The position numbers and the translations under genes were made by a program. Source: an uncultured Acidobacteriota bacterium (GTDB taxonomy: Bacteria > Acidobacteriota > Thermoanaerobaculia > Multivoradales > JAHEKO01). From it: a stretch of 64,000 nt of DNA. The notes beneath the pieces were generated by a model that saw nothing but the letters and a program-made list of their open reading frames with translations, did no database searches and was not told the DNA's origin. This document shows positions 31,765 through 45,771 of the stretch, piece by piece (the first letter of the stretch is position 1; every line of letters starts with the position of its first letter). The stretch spans positions 704,001-768,000 of the forward strand of contig CAVQNG010000003.1 of the NCBI GenBank assembly GCA_963713825.1. The letters are read 5' to 3'.

Positions 31765-33993
31765 TCAATCTCTCAGGTAGAAGTATCGCGGTGCGGGTCC
31801 GAGTTCGACTTTCTCGCCGGCTGGGGCTTCCAGTTGTTCACCGTCACGACCAATCACTCTCGAGGCAGGGCGAGGGAGGGTGGCCTTGACGCTCCCGGAG
31901 GTACTCCAACCCACGATCACCTCGTCTCCCGACTGACGCTGAAAGTGGTATAGCCACGCTGGCGACTCGGTCTCGAGCGGTCCGAAGAACGTACTGCCCG
32001 CCAATTGCTCCTGCAAGGTCGCGAGGGCGTGAAAGGAGGGGCGCATTTGAAACGAGCTTTCGGCGTCGAGAAAGATCAAGCCATACCCCTTGGCCACCAG
32101 TTGCCACCAGTAGGCCCTCTCTACGAGCCCGGTTCCCAGCACCAAAAGGAAGTACCGGACCAGATAGTTGGCCTGTGCCTCTTCGTCGACCGACACGTCG
32201 CGGCCGGCCGGAGAGTGGGGACCCTCCCACAGCGGCCAGTTGAACTCCGTCACCCAGGCTGCCGCGCTGCAACTGCGACCGGTCTCGGCAAGGGCTCTGA
32301 GTTGCACCGCCTTGTCGACCGTGTCGAAGCCCAGTTGTCGGTTCTCCGGCGCCCCTCGCCGATCCACATAAAGGAGACTCGAGACGATGTCGAAATGCAC
32401 GTCGTCCCAAGGGACGTTGAGGACTCCCGCCAGGCGATGAAACTCGTAGTCGATCACCGCCGGGCCCAGGATCCTGACGCCTTCGTGCCGTCGCAGGATT
32501 CGGCTGGCATCGGCCACCAGGTCGAGGTACTCCGCGTAGTTCCAAACGCCCCACTTGCTGCGATTGATCGCCTGGCCAATCTGGAAATCTCTGCCAAATG
32601 GTGAGAATCGGTCGGCGAGCTGTTCCACTGCCGCTTTCCATCGACCTCGATCCCGCACCAGGTCCCGATTCTGGGGCAGGGCGAAGAGGAGCTCGATGCC
32701 CCGACCGTGCAGCTCGCGAGCCAGGCGCTCCTCACGGTCGTGATCCTCTTGCCAGGGGTGCAATCGCAGAAGAACCCGCTTGATCCCCAGCGCTTCGAGG
32801 GACACCAATGCCGCCTCGGAATGCTCATTCATCGGTCTCATCCCGACTCCGAGACCATCCCACCGAACAGGCTCCCGATAGAGACCCTCTTTCAACTCTC
32901 GATAGCGACGACGCGCCCTGGGCAGCGAACTCAGGGCAGTGCCGACCTCGCGAGCATGGTGTCCCGAATCCCCCAACCTCACCCCCAGGCGTTGCCAGCG
33001 GCCCGCATGCTGATGGGGTTGATCGGAGAGGTGGTCCCAGACCACCAGGTTCCGGTTCGAGGCGCCCTCGGGAGGCGGCGGGATGTGAGCATGGTGCCCC
33101 CTCGAGACGAAGAGTGACTTGACCCAACGCAAAGGGCTGCGCAGGGCGTCTTTGGTCCAGTTCTTGACCAGAAAACCATGGAAATAGAGCCGATAGAGGC
33201 CTCTCTTGAAGGACGAATCCGCATCTACCTTGCCCCAGTAGGATCGCAACAGCACCTCCTGGAGGTGGGGGTCGAAGATCCGCAGGCGGCACAGGTCCCG
33301 GGTTCGACGGTCCGTCGTCAGGGGACGATCGAGCTGCGACCGATTGAGATCGATCAGGTAGACGGTGGGGGGGGCCGACGCCCTATCTCCGGGAACGATC
33401 AGCAAATTGCCTACCGAAACATCCCGGTGCCAGATGCCCGCATCGTGCAGGCGTCGTAGCGTCTGACCAATTGTGCCAATCAGGATGTCAGCTTCGACCT
33501 GCGGAAAAACCTGTCTGTGCTTGCCCTCCTGCAGAGCTCGAAAGAAGTACCTCGCCTCGATGAAGTCCGGGATCTTCTCACTGACGAAGAAGGAGGGCCC
33601 GTCGATGGCCTCGGACTCGATCAGCAGGATTGGCGCTGGGGTCGGCACCCCGGCGTCGACGACGGCTTGCGCCGCCCTCCAGGATCTTGTCGCCTTGCTG
33701 CCCTTCAAGCGGCGCGACCACCGCGAGCGCAGACCCAGATTTCGAAACTGTTTGACGACGACGGCAAGCGGTCCAGAATTTGTCTCCAGCTCCGAGGCGT
33801 AGAGGTAGTTCCTTCCCCAGTGCAGCGTGTCGCCACCTTGGCCCGGATCGACCAGCTTCTCGATGGCGACGGGCAGGTCGATCGGGCGGCAGGCCGACGA
33901 AACCTCGCCATGCAGCCCTGCTAGAGAGAAGCCTTCGAAGCTGCCCTCCACCCACGCGGCCTCACTTGCCGGCGACGCTCCACTATCCGCCAA
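31765..33993 (-). CDS. Fusion of an N-terminal Kdo/WaaP/InaA-type kinase and a C-terminal TIM-barrel glycoside hydrolase-like domain
   Basis: Kinase motifs VVKQF, HRDVSVGN and IDLN; C-terminal half has WVTEFNWP and a QANYLVRY GH clan-A-like pattern. Confidence 0.78.
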   Translation of the reverse strand: MADSGASPASEAAWVEGSFEGFSLAGLHGEVSSACRPIDLPVAIEKLVDPGQGGDTLHWGRNYLYASELETNSGPLAVVVKQFRNLGLRSRWSRRLKGSKATRSWRAAQAVVDAGVPTPAPILLIESEAIDGPSFFVSEKIPDFIEARYFFRALQEGKHRQVFPQVEADILIGTIGQTLRRLHDAGIWHRDVSVGNLLIVPGDRASAPPTVYLIDLNRSQLDRPLTTDRRTRDLCRLRIFDPHLQEVLLRSYWGKVDADSSFKRGLYRLYFHGFLVKNWTKDALRSPLRWVKSLFVSRGHHAHIPPPPEGASNRNLVVWDHLSDQPHQHAGRWQRLGVRLGDSGHHAREVGTALSSLPRARRRYRELKEGLYREPVRWDGLGVGMRPMNEHSEAALVSLEALGIKRVLLRLHPWQEDHDREERLARELHGRGIELLFALPQNRDLVRDRGRWKAAVEQLADRFSPFGRDFQIGQAINRSKWGVWNYAEYLDLVADASRILRRHEGVRILGPAVIDYEFHRLAGVLNVPWDDVHFDIVSSLLYVDRRGAPENRQLGFDTVDKAVQLRALAETGRSCSAAAWVTEFNWPLWEGPHSPAGRDVSVDEEAQANYLVRYFLLVLGTGLVERAYWWQLVAKGYGLIFLDAESSFQMRPSFHALATLQEQLAGSTFFGPLETESPAWLYHFQRQSGDEVIVGWSTSGSVKATLPRPASRVIGRDGEQLEAPAGEKVELGPAPRYFYLRD

Positions 33994-35467
33994 GGATTTC
34001 GTACTCCTCGGTGCGTAGACCGGCGTCGGACTCGACCCGAATTCGGGTTCCGAGCCGCTCCTCGAGCTCTACCAGAATCGCCCGCTGCTCGCCGTCGAGC
34101 GAAGCGGAGACCTCGGGCCTGACCCGCAGTCGCAGCGGTCGGCCACCCAGCTCGGCGATTCTCTCCAACACTTTGCGGCGCAGCTCGAGCAGTACCGTGA
34201 TCTCGCTCTTCACCCTACCGAGACCGCGGCAGGTGGGACAGGGCCGCGTCAACTGGCTCACCAGATCGCTGCGGCTGCGTTTGCGGGTGATCTGCACCAG
34301 CCCGAAGTCCGACAGGCCGCCGATACGGATTCGCGCCCGGTCGTTGGCCAGCTCGCCCTCGAGCGCCGCCATGACCTGGGCCTGATGATCGGGGTTCTCC
34401 ATGTCGATGAAGTCAGCCACCACGATACCGCCGAGGTCCCGGAGCCGAAGCTGGCGAGCGATCTCACGGGTCGCCTCCATATTCGTCTTCAGGGCCGTCT
34501 CTTTCAGATCCACCGCCCCCACGTAGCGACCCGTGTTGACGTCGATCGCTACCAGGGCCTCAGTGGGACTCACCACCAGATAGCCGCCCGACGGCAGCCA
34601 CACTCTGCTACCGAGAGCTCGTTCCAACTCCGACTCGACTCCGAATCGCTCGAACAGCGTGCCTTCGGGAATGTGCAGTTGGACGCGGCCAGCACTGTCA
34701 GGGGCCACCTGTCTCAGGTATCCCAGCACCTGCTCGTAGACCTCGGCTCCGCTGAGCCACAGGACCTCGAAGCGGGCATCGAAGAAGTCCCGCACGGCTC
34801 TCATCGGCAGCTCCAGGTCCCGGTGCAGGAGCGCCGGTGCCTTGACTTGCCGGGAACGTTGATCGATTTCGTCCCACTGGCGGGTGAGGCGCTCGAGGTC
34901 CGCTTCGAGAACGCTGGCCACCGAGCCTGCGGCCACCGTCCGCACGATGAGGCCCCTCTCGGAAGGACGAAGTGCGGTCAGTAACTCTTCCAGACGCTGA
35001 CGCTCCTCACCATCCTCGATCCGCCGCGAGATACCTAGGTCCGTGCTGGCAGGCAGCAGTACCAGATAGCGACCCGGCAAGGTGATGAAGGTCGTGATCC
35101 GCGCTCCTTTGTTGGGCAGGGGCTCCTTGACCACCTGCACCAACACCTCCTGTCCCTCGGCGATGAGCTGGTTGATGGGGCGCTCGAGCACCCCCGGCTC
35201 GACGTCCTGTTCGAGTTCGGCCTCCTCGACCCCTTGCAGCTGGTCTTGGATGTCTCCTGCATACAGAAAGGCGTCCCGTTCCAGGCCTATGTCCACGAAA
35301 GCGGCCTCGATACCGGGCAGCACGCGCGTCACTCGGCCCTTGAAGACCGCACCCACCAGCCTCTCGTCCCGCCGTCGCTCGATGCGGACTTCCATGAGAC
35401 GACCCTCCTCCAGAACGGCGACCCGACTCTGGTGGGCGTCACTTTCGATGAGCAGTTGGTGGCTCAC
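33983..35467 (-). CDS. rng: Ribonuclease G (Rne/Rng family)
   Basis: AAFVDIG, VQVVKEP..NKGAR, IDVNTG and GGIVVADFIDM motifs; CPTC. Confidence 0.95.
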   Translation of the reverse strand: MSHQLLIESDAHQSRVAVLEEGRLMEVRIERRRDERLVGAVFKGRVTRVLPGIEAAFVDIGLERDAFLYAGDIQDQLQGVEEAELEQDVEPGVLERPINQLIAEGQEVLVQVVKEPLPNKGARITTFITLPGRYLVLLPASTDLGISRRIEDGEERQRLEELLTALRPSERGLIVRTVAAGSVASVLEADLERLTRQWDEIDQRSRQVKAPALLHRDLELPMRAVRDFFDARFEVLWLSGAEVYEQVLGYLRQVAPDSAGRVQLHIPEGTLFERFGVESELERALGSRVWLPSGGYLVVSPTEALVAIDVNTGRYVGAVDLKETALKTNMEATREIARQLRLRDLGGIVVADFIDMENPDHQAQVMAALEGELANDRARIRIGGLSDFGLVQITRKRSRSDLVSQLTRPCPTCRGLGRVKSEITVLLELRRKVLERIAELGGRPLRLRVRPEVSASLDGEQRAILVELEERLGTRIRVESDAGLRTEEYEILGG

Positions 35468-35472
35468 GGGCC

Positions 35473-35654
35473 TAGCCCGACCCTCTCACCAGCTTCGTGG
35501 CGAAAGGGCGAAGATGTCTGGAGATACAAGGCCTGACAACCGAAGCCCCCGCAGGCGTACTTGAAGTACGTCGAGGAGGGATGAGGGCGGAAAACGTAGT
35601 AGCTTCGGGCATATTCGAACTTGCAGTAGAACTGCTGGTGAGAGGGTCGGGCTA
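35473..35654. mobile_element. MITE-like element with perfect terminal inverted repeats, flanked by TA
   Basis: TAGCCCGACCCTCTCACCAGC (35473-35493) is the exact reverse complement of 35634-35654; internal hairpin GCGTAC-TTGAA-GTACGT; non-coding. Confidence 0.8.
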
Positions 35655-36794
35655 TCGATTCACGTGTCGCCTGAAGTCTATCCCCAGGATCAGACCTGTG
35701 GCGATGAAGTTGGCCAGTGTGAACGAGCCGCCGTAGGAGAGAAACGGCAAGGGAATGCCGGTAATCGGCACCAGGCCGACCACCATGGCCGTGTTGTAGA
35801 GGACGTGAAACGCGAAGCCCGACAGGAGCCCCACGATCAGTAGTATTCCGACGCGGTCACGGGCTCGCAGCGCCACCTTCGTTCCGTTGAGGATGTAGAG
35901 CGCATACAGGATCAACACCACGGCCACTCCAATGAAGCCCCACTCTTCCGCCAGAACGGCGAAGATGAAGTCGGTGTGGCGGGCGGGCAGAAAGCGCAAT
36001 TGGCTCTGGGTACCCTGCTGATAACCGCGGCCGTAGAGCTGGCCCGAACCGACCGCGATCTTGCTCTGGCGCAGTTGATAGCCGGTGCCTTGAGGATCAC
36101 TGCCGGGTGACATGAAGGTGCGGACCCGGTCCTTCTGATAGTCCAGCATCACCAGATTCCACCCCACCGCCGCCAGCACAATCGCGACAGCGGCACCGAT
36201 CGCGAAATACCGCCATGGCACCCCCGCCACTACCAACATGCCGGCCAGCATGGGTACAAACATGACTGCTCCACCGAGGTCCGACTCCAGAGCTACGAGC
36301 ACCATTGGCAGGGCTACAATCGAGGTTGCCGCCACGATCTGCCCAAAGCTCAAGAATCGCCGGTTGATTCCAGCCAGATAGCGAGCCAGCAGAAGTGCTG
36401 TGGCGATCTTGGCGAACTCCGAAGGCTGTAGGCGGTAGGCACCGACTCCCAGCCAGCTGCGCGCACCACCAGCCTCCTTGCCGACCACCAAAACCAACAC
36501 GAGCAAGACCATTGTGACGACGTAGATGGGTATGGAGAACTTCGTCAGGAATTGATAGTCGAAGCTGAAGGCCACGAAAAAGACCAGCAGACCCAAGCCC
36601 AGCCAGATGGCCTGGCGTGGCAGGTAATCGATCGACAGCTCGGAGCTGGCGCTGTGAACCGTGATCAGGCCAATCGCCGCGATCAGCAACGCCGCGATCA
36701 GCAACGCCCACCGAACAGTGGCCAGTTGCCTCAGGAACGGCCGTTCGTCAGGAAGACTGGCCGTCGTCGAGATAGTCGCGGAAGTAGATCTCAT
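35652..36794 (-). CDS. rodA: Rod shape-determining protein RodA
   Basis: GARSW, QPSEFAK, DLG, YQLRQSKIAVGSG, HTDFIF and PFLSYGGS motifs; start uncertain. Confidence 0.95.
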   Translation of the reverse strand: MRSTSATISTTASLPDERPFLRQLATVRWALLIAALLIAAIGLITVHSASSELSIDYLPRQAIWLGLGLLVFFVAFSFDYQFLTKFSIPIYVVTMVLLVLVLVVGKEAGGARSWLGVGAYRLQPSEFAKIATALLLARYLAGINRRFLSFGQIVAATSIVALPMVLVALESDLGGAVMFVPMLAGMLVVAGVPWRYFAIGAAVAIVLAAVGWNLVMLDYQKDRVRTFMSPGSDPQGTGYQLRQSKIAVGSGQLYGRGYQQGTQSQLRFLPARHTDFIFAVLAEEWGFIGVAVVLILYALYILNGTKVALRARDRVGILLIVGLLSGFAFHVLYNTAMVVGLVPITGIPLPFLSYGGSFTLANFIATGLILGIDFRRHVNR

Positions 36795-38538
36795 AGAGCC
36801 GTTTCGCCAAAGGTGCTGCAGCCGTGGAGCCGTGCCCACCGTGCTCCACCAATACGACCACTACCAGTTGTTTGTCCCCCGCAGTTGCGTAGGAGGCAAA
36901 CCAGGCGTGATCTCTTTGCTCGTAGGGCAAGTCCTCATTCTTGATCCAGGTCTTCTGCTGGATGACCTGCACCGTACCGGTCTTGCCCGCTACCTCGATT
37001 CCCTCAACCCTGGCCGCCGAGCCGGTGCCTCGTTGGTCGTTGACGACTGACCATAGCGCCGCCCCGATGCGCTCGAAGACCCAGGGCTCCACCGTCAGCT
37101 GCTCTCTCTCGACTGCAGGGTTCTCGGTGACATGCGGTTTCACCTTGTAGCCGCTGTTGGCGACCGCCGCCATGAGCGAAGCGATCTGCAGCGGTGTCAC
37201 CAGCACTGGCCCCTGTCCGATGGCGACCGAAATGGTCTCACCCGGATACCAGGGCGTGCCCCGCCGTCGCTCACTCCAGTCGGGATCGGGAACCAGTCCT
37301 TCTCGCTCACCCAGCAGGTCGATACCGGTTGGACTCCCCAGGCCCAGTAGCCGCGAGTACTTGGCGATGCGCTCGATCCCGAGTTCCTGACCCAGGTGAT
37401 AAAAGTAGACGTCGCACGACTCCTTGATGGCTCGATGTAGCGCCACGTGGCCGTGGCCTGCCTGCTTCCAGCACCGCCAGCGCCGGTTGTAGATCCTCGT
37501 CGAGCCGCCACACCAGACGGTCTCCTCCGGCTCTACAATGCCCTCGCTCAAGCCCGCCGCGGCCATCACGATCTTGAACACCGACCCGGGCGAATAGGTG
37601 TTCTGGATGACGCGATTCTGGAGCGGATCCTCGGGCGCCTCGATCAAATTGCGCCAGGCGTCTCGGTCCAGCCGCCGGGAGAAGATGTTGGGGTTGTACG
37701 AAGGGGCCGAGACCATCGCCCGGATCTCTCCCGTTGCCGGGTCGAGAGCCACCGCCGCTCCAGCCTTGCCTTCGAAGTATCGAGCCGCTTCCTGCTGCAG
37801 GTCCAGATCCAGGCCAAGATTCAGGCTTTGACCCGACTTCGCCGGATCTCGCCCGTATTCCTCCTTGAATCGACCCCTGGAATCTACGATGACGGCTCGT
37901 TGTCCATCGACACCTCGTAGCCTGTCGTCGAATGCCAGCTCGACACCCTTGCGGCCAATCAGGTCACCCGGTTTGAGGGAGTTCGCCTCGGTCGCCAGGT
38001 CGCGCTCGTTGACCTCCCCGAGATAGCCGAGAGTGTGGGCGGTAATCGGCCCATTTCGATACAGGCGCAGATGGCCGACCTCGATCGCGAACTCCGGAAA
38101 TTCGAGTGCAGCCGCCTCGATTGCCGCCACCTCGGAGAGCGACAGAGCCTCGGCTACGAGAATCGGCCGGAAAGAGCCAGCTCCTCCCCCTTCATCGAGA
38201 GCCTGCGCAAGCTCGCTCGCCGGCTGGTCCAGGCAGCGCTCGGCAAATGCCAGAGCCATCTCCAGGTCCTGGCTGCGAGAGGGATCGAGCACCAGGTTGT
38301 AGGAAGCGACGTTCTCCGCCACCAACCGTCCCTGCCGCTCGTAGATCAGTCCCCGGGGCGCCTTCAAGGGCAGCTCTCTCACCCTGTTGTTTTCGGCTAG
38401 CTCCAGGTAGTAGTCACCGGAGACAACCTGCACGAACCAGAAACGGGCAGCGATCAAGAGGAGGAGGCCAAAGAGCACCAGTTGCAGCCTCGGTAGGCGC
38501 TGGAGAAGGTCCTCTTTGTGTTCGCGAACTTGCCTCAT
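36748..38538 (-). CDS. mrdA: Penicillin-binding protein 2
   Basis: PGSVFK (SxxK), SCD and KTGT motifs; N-terminal TM. Alternative ATG at 38559. Confidence 0.95.
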   Translation of the reverse strand: MRQVREHKEDLLQRLPRLQLVLFGLLLLIAARFWFVQVVSGDYYLELAENNRVRELPLKAPRGLIYERQGRLVAENVASYNLVLDPSRSQDLEMALAFAERCLDQPASELAQALDEGGGAGSFRPILVAEALSLSEVAAIEAAALEFPEFAIEVGHLRLYRNGPITAHTLGYLGEVNERDLATEANSLKPGDLIGRKGVELAFDDRLRGVDGQRAVIVDSRGRFKEEYGRDPAKSGQSLNLGLDLDLQQEAARYFEGKAGAAVALDPATGEIRAMVSAPSYNPNIFSRRLDRDAWRNLIEAPEDPLQNRVIQNTYSPGSVFKIVMAAAGLSEGIVEPEETVWCGGSTRIYNRRWRCWKQAGHGHVALHRAIKESCDVYFYHLGQELGIERIAKYSRLLGLGSPTGIDLLGEREGLVPDPDWSERRRGTPWYPGETISVAIGQGPVLVTPLQIASLMAAVANSGYKVKPHVTENPAVEREQLTVEPWVFERIGAALWSVVNDQRGTGSAARVEGIEVAGKTGTVQVIQQKTWIKNEDLPYEQRDHAWFASYATAGDKQLVVVVLVEHGGHGSTAAAPLAKRLYEIYFRDYLDDGQSS

Positions 38539-38555
38539 CGAATCTTGGCCTCCAA

Positions 38556-39060
38556 TCATCCCTCGAAGCGGATCCTGGTCTTGCGCGTCCGGCGCCACAT
38601 CTCGACCCGCGATCGCATCCGTAGATTGGCCAGGTACAGAGCCCCTCCCAACAATCCGGTCGTGCCGACCTTAACCAGAATCCAAGAATACTGCGGCAGA
38701 TCTGCGTCGGCGAGAAACAGCAATGAGATGCCCAGGAGTATCAGTTGCTGGGCTGCTGCTGCGACGGCGAAGACCAGCAGCGAGCTGGCAGGTCGCTGAA
38801 TCACCAGCCGCTGGGCCGTAATCGCGGTGCCATATCCAATCATCGTATTGGCGATCCCGTAGAGACCGAAGTAGCCCCCTGTCACACCATCCGCAACCAG
38901 GCCAGCCACCATTCCCCCTGTCATACCGGCGACGCTGTTGCCGTCCATCGCGTTGAAGACGACGATCACGAGGAAGAAATCCACCGCCAGAGAGAACTGC
39001 GGAAACAAACTCACTCCCGCCACGTCCAAGAGCGTCGCCACCGCCAGTGCCACCACAAAC

Positions 39061-39074
<14 letters not shown>
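38556..39074 (-). CDS. mreD: Rod shape-determining protein MreD
   Basis: Hydrophobic 172 aa with GLVAD; located between mreC and mrdA. Confidence 0.88.
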
Positions 39075-43052
<3,978 letters not shown>

Positions 43053-43079
43053 TCCAGAGAGACTACAGAGCCGATGGTG

Positions 43080-43109
43080 CCCAGGACCCAAGACCCAGGA
43101 CCCAGGACT
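43080..43109 (+). repeat. Short tandem heptamer repeat (CCCAGGA)x4
   Basis: cccagga-cccaaga-cccagga-cccagga; the same unit occurs in the 58.5 kb element. Confidence 0.7.
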
Positions 43110-43114
43110 CTTTG

Positions 43115-43711
43115 ATGATCGGCTTCCTCCACGGCAAGGTTCGGCGCTCGACTCCGGAGCGCGTGATCCTCGACGTCCAAGGGGTCGGCTACGACGTTCA
43201 CATCCCGCTCTCGACCTACTACGAAATCGACAAGCTCGACGCCGATTCCGTTATTGGCCTGTTCGTCCATACCCACGTCCGCGAGGACGCCATCGAGCTC
43301 TTCGGCTTCTGGAGCGAACGGGAGAAGCTGCTCTTCGAGAAGCTGATCGCAGTGAGCGGCATCGGTCCACGGCTGGCTCGTGTCATTCTCTCGGGGATGG
43401 CGCCCGACGACCTTCTCGCCGCCCTGGCGACGGGGGACACTGCTCGACTGGCAACGATTCCGGGTATCGGCAAGAAGACCGCTCAGCGGATGATCGTCGA
43501 TCTCAAGGATCGGGTTCAGGAGCTGGCCGCCGAGCTGCCTCAGGTGACGGCAACGGCGCCGCTCGAAGAGGACCTCGTCCTGGCCCTGGTCAACCTCGGC
43601 TATCGTGAGGGCGAGGCCCAGCGCGCTGTGGCGCAGGCCCGCAGCGAGAGCCCCGACGCCACCTCTCATGAATTGTTGCGCGCCAGCCTGCAGAAGCTGT
43701 CTCGCGTCTAG
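43115..43711 (+). CDS. ruvA: Holliday junction branch migration protein RuvA
   Basis: [28 protein letters not shown] and IPGIGKKTA motifs. Confidence 0.96.
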   Translation: MIGFLHGKVRRSTPERVILDVQGVGYDVHIPLSTYYEIDKLDADSVIGLFVHTHVREDAIELFGFWSEREKLLFEKLIAVSGIGPRLARVILSGMAPDDLLAALATGDTARLATIPGIGKKTAQRMIVDLKDRVQELAAELPQVTATAPLEEDLVLALVNLGYREGEAQRAVAQARSESPDATSHELLRASLQKLSRV

Positions 43712-43761
43712 GCGTCTTCTCCTTTTCGCGCCCTCCCTCCCAGGGCGGCTACAATTGCACC

Positions 43762-44787
43762 GTGCCCAGCGAGCGCAACATCCTCTCCGGAGCGCCCGAA
43801 CCCGAAGAGCTCGGGATCGAGCAGTCTCTGCGACCCCAGACGCTCGAAGACTATGTCGGGCAGGAACGGATCGTCAGCAAGCTGCGCGTCTTCATGCAGG
43901 CGGCGCGGGAACGCCGAGAAGCGTTGGACCACGTGCTGCTCTTCGGACCGCCCGGCCTGGGCAAGACCACCCTGGCGCACATCGTCGCCCGGGAGATGGG
44001 CACTTCGATTCGTAGCACTTCAGGCCCTGTACTGGAGAGGCCTGGCGATCTCGCCGCCATCCTGACGAATCTCGAGCCTGGTCAGGTGCTCTTCATCGAC
44101 GAGATGCACCGACTTGGTCCGACCATCGAAGAGATTCTCTACCCGGCCCTCGAGGACTACCGGCTCGACCTCGTGATCGGCCAGGGTCCAGGGGCCCGAA
44201 CCATGCAGATCGAGCTGCGCCCCTTTACTCTCGTGGGAGCCACGACCCGAGCCGGACTCATCACCGGTCCCTTGCGAGCTCGATTCGGTATCGTGCATCG
44301 TCTCGACTTCTACGAGCCACCCGAGCTCGCAGAGATCGCCCGACGCTCGGCTCAATTACTGGAGATTCAGATCGAAGACGATGGCGCGGAAGAGATTGCA
44401 CGACGCAGCCGCGGCACTCCGAGAATCGCCAACCGGCTGTTGCGCCGGGTGCGCGATTTCGCTCAGGTCAAAGGGGATGGGGTTATCAACCAGCAGAGTG
44501 CCGCTAGGGCGCTCGAGATGCTGGAAGTCGACGAGCTCGGCTTCGACGAGGTGGACCGCAAGATCCTCACGACCCTGATCGAGCACTACCAGGGCGGACC
44601 AGCCGGGATCGGCGCCATCGCGGCGGCGGTAGGCGAAGACCGGGGCACGATCGAAGACCTCTACGAGCCCTACCTCATTCAGCAGGGTTTTCTGCAACGC
44701 ACCAAACAGGGGCGGATCGCGACACCCCGAGCCTATGAGCACCTCGGCCAGCCACCGCCGTCCGACTCGAACGCCCGTCTCTTCTAG
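43762..44787 (+). CDS. ruvB: Holliday junction branch migration ATPase RuvB
   Basis: [22 protein letters not shown] and SRGTPR motifs. Confidence 0.97.
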   Translation: MPSERNILSGAPEPEELGIEQSLRPQTLEDYVGQERIVSKLRVFMQAARERREALDHVLLFGPPGLGKTTLAHIVAREMGTSIRSTSGPVLERPGDLAAILTNLEPGQVLFIDEMHRLGPTIEEILYPALEDYRLDLVIGQGPGARTMQIELRPFTLVGATTRAGLITGPLRARFGIVHRLDFYEPPELAEIARRSAQLLEIQIEDDGAEEIARRSRGTPRIANRLLRRVRDFAQVKGDGVINQQSAARALEMLEVDELGFDEVDRKILTTLIEHYQGGPAGIGAIAAAVGEDRGTIEDLYEPYLIQQGFLQRTKQGRIATPRAYEHLGQPPPSDSNARLF

Positions 44788-44814
44788 CCTCACTCGGCTT
44801 CACGTGGTGGCGCT

Positions 44815-45702
44815 GTGAGCTCAGCCTTCTTGATCTTCAACCCCCGGGCTGGGCGGTGGCGTACACCCCAGCTGGTGGACCAGATTCTCGAAGTTCTCGC
44901 TCATCCTGAACAGAGCATCGAACCCTGGCCCACGCGCTCCCCCGGTGACGCGACACGCCTCGCCAGACGGGCTGTGGAGGCGGGCGCGGAGAGGGTGTAT
45001 GCCTTCGGGGGTGACGGAACCCTGCGAGAAACAGCGGCTGGCCTCTTGGGCTCCGCGGTCACACTAGGCACCATCCCTGGCGGCACGGCCAACGTGATCC
45101 CGATCGCACTCGGACTGCCTCCGAGACCCGTCGCGGCAGCCAGACGGCTGAGAGAGGCGACCCCTCTTGAAATGGACGTCGGTCGGTGCGGCTCCGAGAT
45201 CTTCCTCATGCAGGCCTCCGGCGGCTTGGACGCCCGGGCGTTGCACCACCTCGACCCCGTCCAGAAGCGCTATCTCGGCAAGATCGCCGTCGCCTTGGCC
45301 GGTCTTTCTCAATGGCACAAGTACGACTATCCCGAGCTCGAGTTGTCTGCCGACGGCCGGGCACTCAGCGCATCCTTTTTCGCCATCTGTAACCTGCCCT
45401 ATTACGGGGGTCGCTTTCGATTGGCCCCGGCCGCCCGACTCGACGATCACCAGCTGCACCTGGTTCTATTTCACGGCAGGGGCCGGGCGGAGACCCTGGC
45501 CTTCGCGCGTGACCTGGGCCTCGGAAGACACGTAGCCCGAAACGACGTAGAGGTCCTCCGTGTCAAGGAAGTCGAATTGAAGGCACCGCCCGGTCTAGCC
45601 CTGCAGTTGGACGGCGATGCGCTGCGGTCGGAGCTGCCCGTCACTGTTCGCCTGGCCGCGGAGCGGCTCCGTGTTCTGGCGCTGCCGGGTGCTGCGGTCT
45701 GA
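44815..45702 (+). CDS. Diacylglycerol/lipid kinase family protein (YegS/DgkB-like)
   Basis: FNPRAG, GGDGT, PGGTAN and QLDGD motifs. Confidence 0.9.
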   Translation: MSSAFLIFNPRAGRWRTPQLVDQILEVLAHPEQSIEPWPTRSPGDATRLARRAVEAGAERVYAFGGDGTLRETAAGLLGSAVTLGTIPGGTANVIPIALGLPPRPVAAARRLREATPLEMDVGRCGSEIFLMQASGGLDARALHHLDPVQKRYLGKIAVALAGLSQWHKYDYPELELSADGRALSASFFAICNLPYYGGRFRLAPAARLDDHQLHLVLFHGRGRAETLAFARDLGLGRHVARNDVEVLRVKEVELKAPPGLALQLDGDALRSELPVTVRLAAERLRVLALPGAAV

Positions 45703-45771
45703 CGGACTTCTTCTCGACCCTCGAACCGCACACGGCGTTATGATGCTCGAAGATTGGAGATCCTCTCAAGC

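Noticed and set aside
43053-44787. ruvAB without an adjacent ruvC
   Set aside because: ruvC is often unlinked; absence from one window is uninformative.
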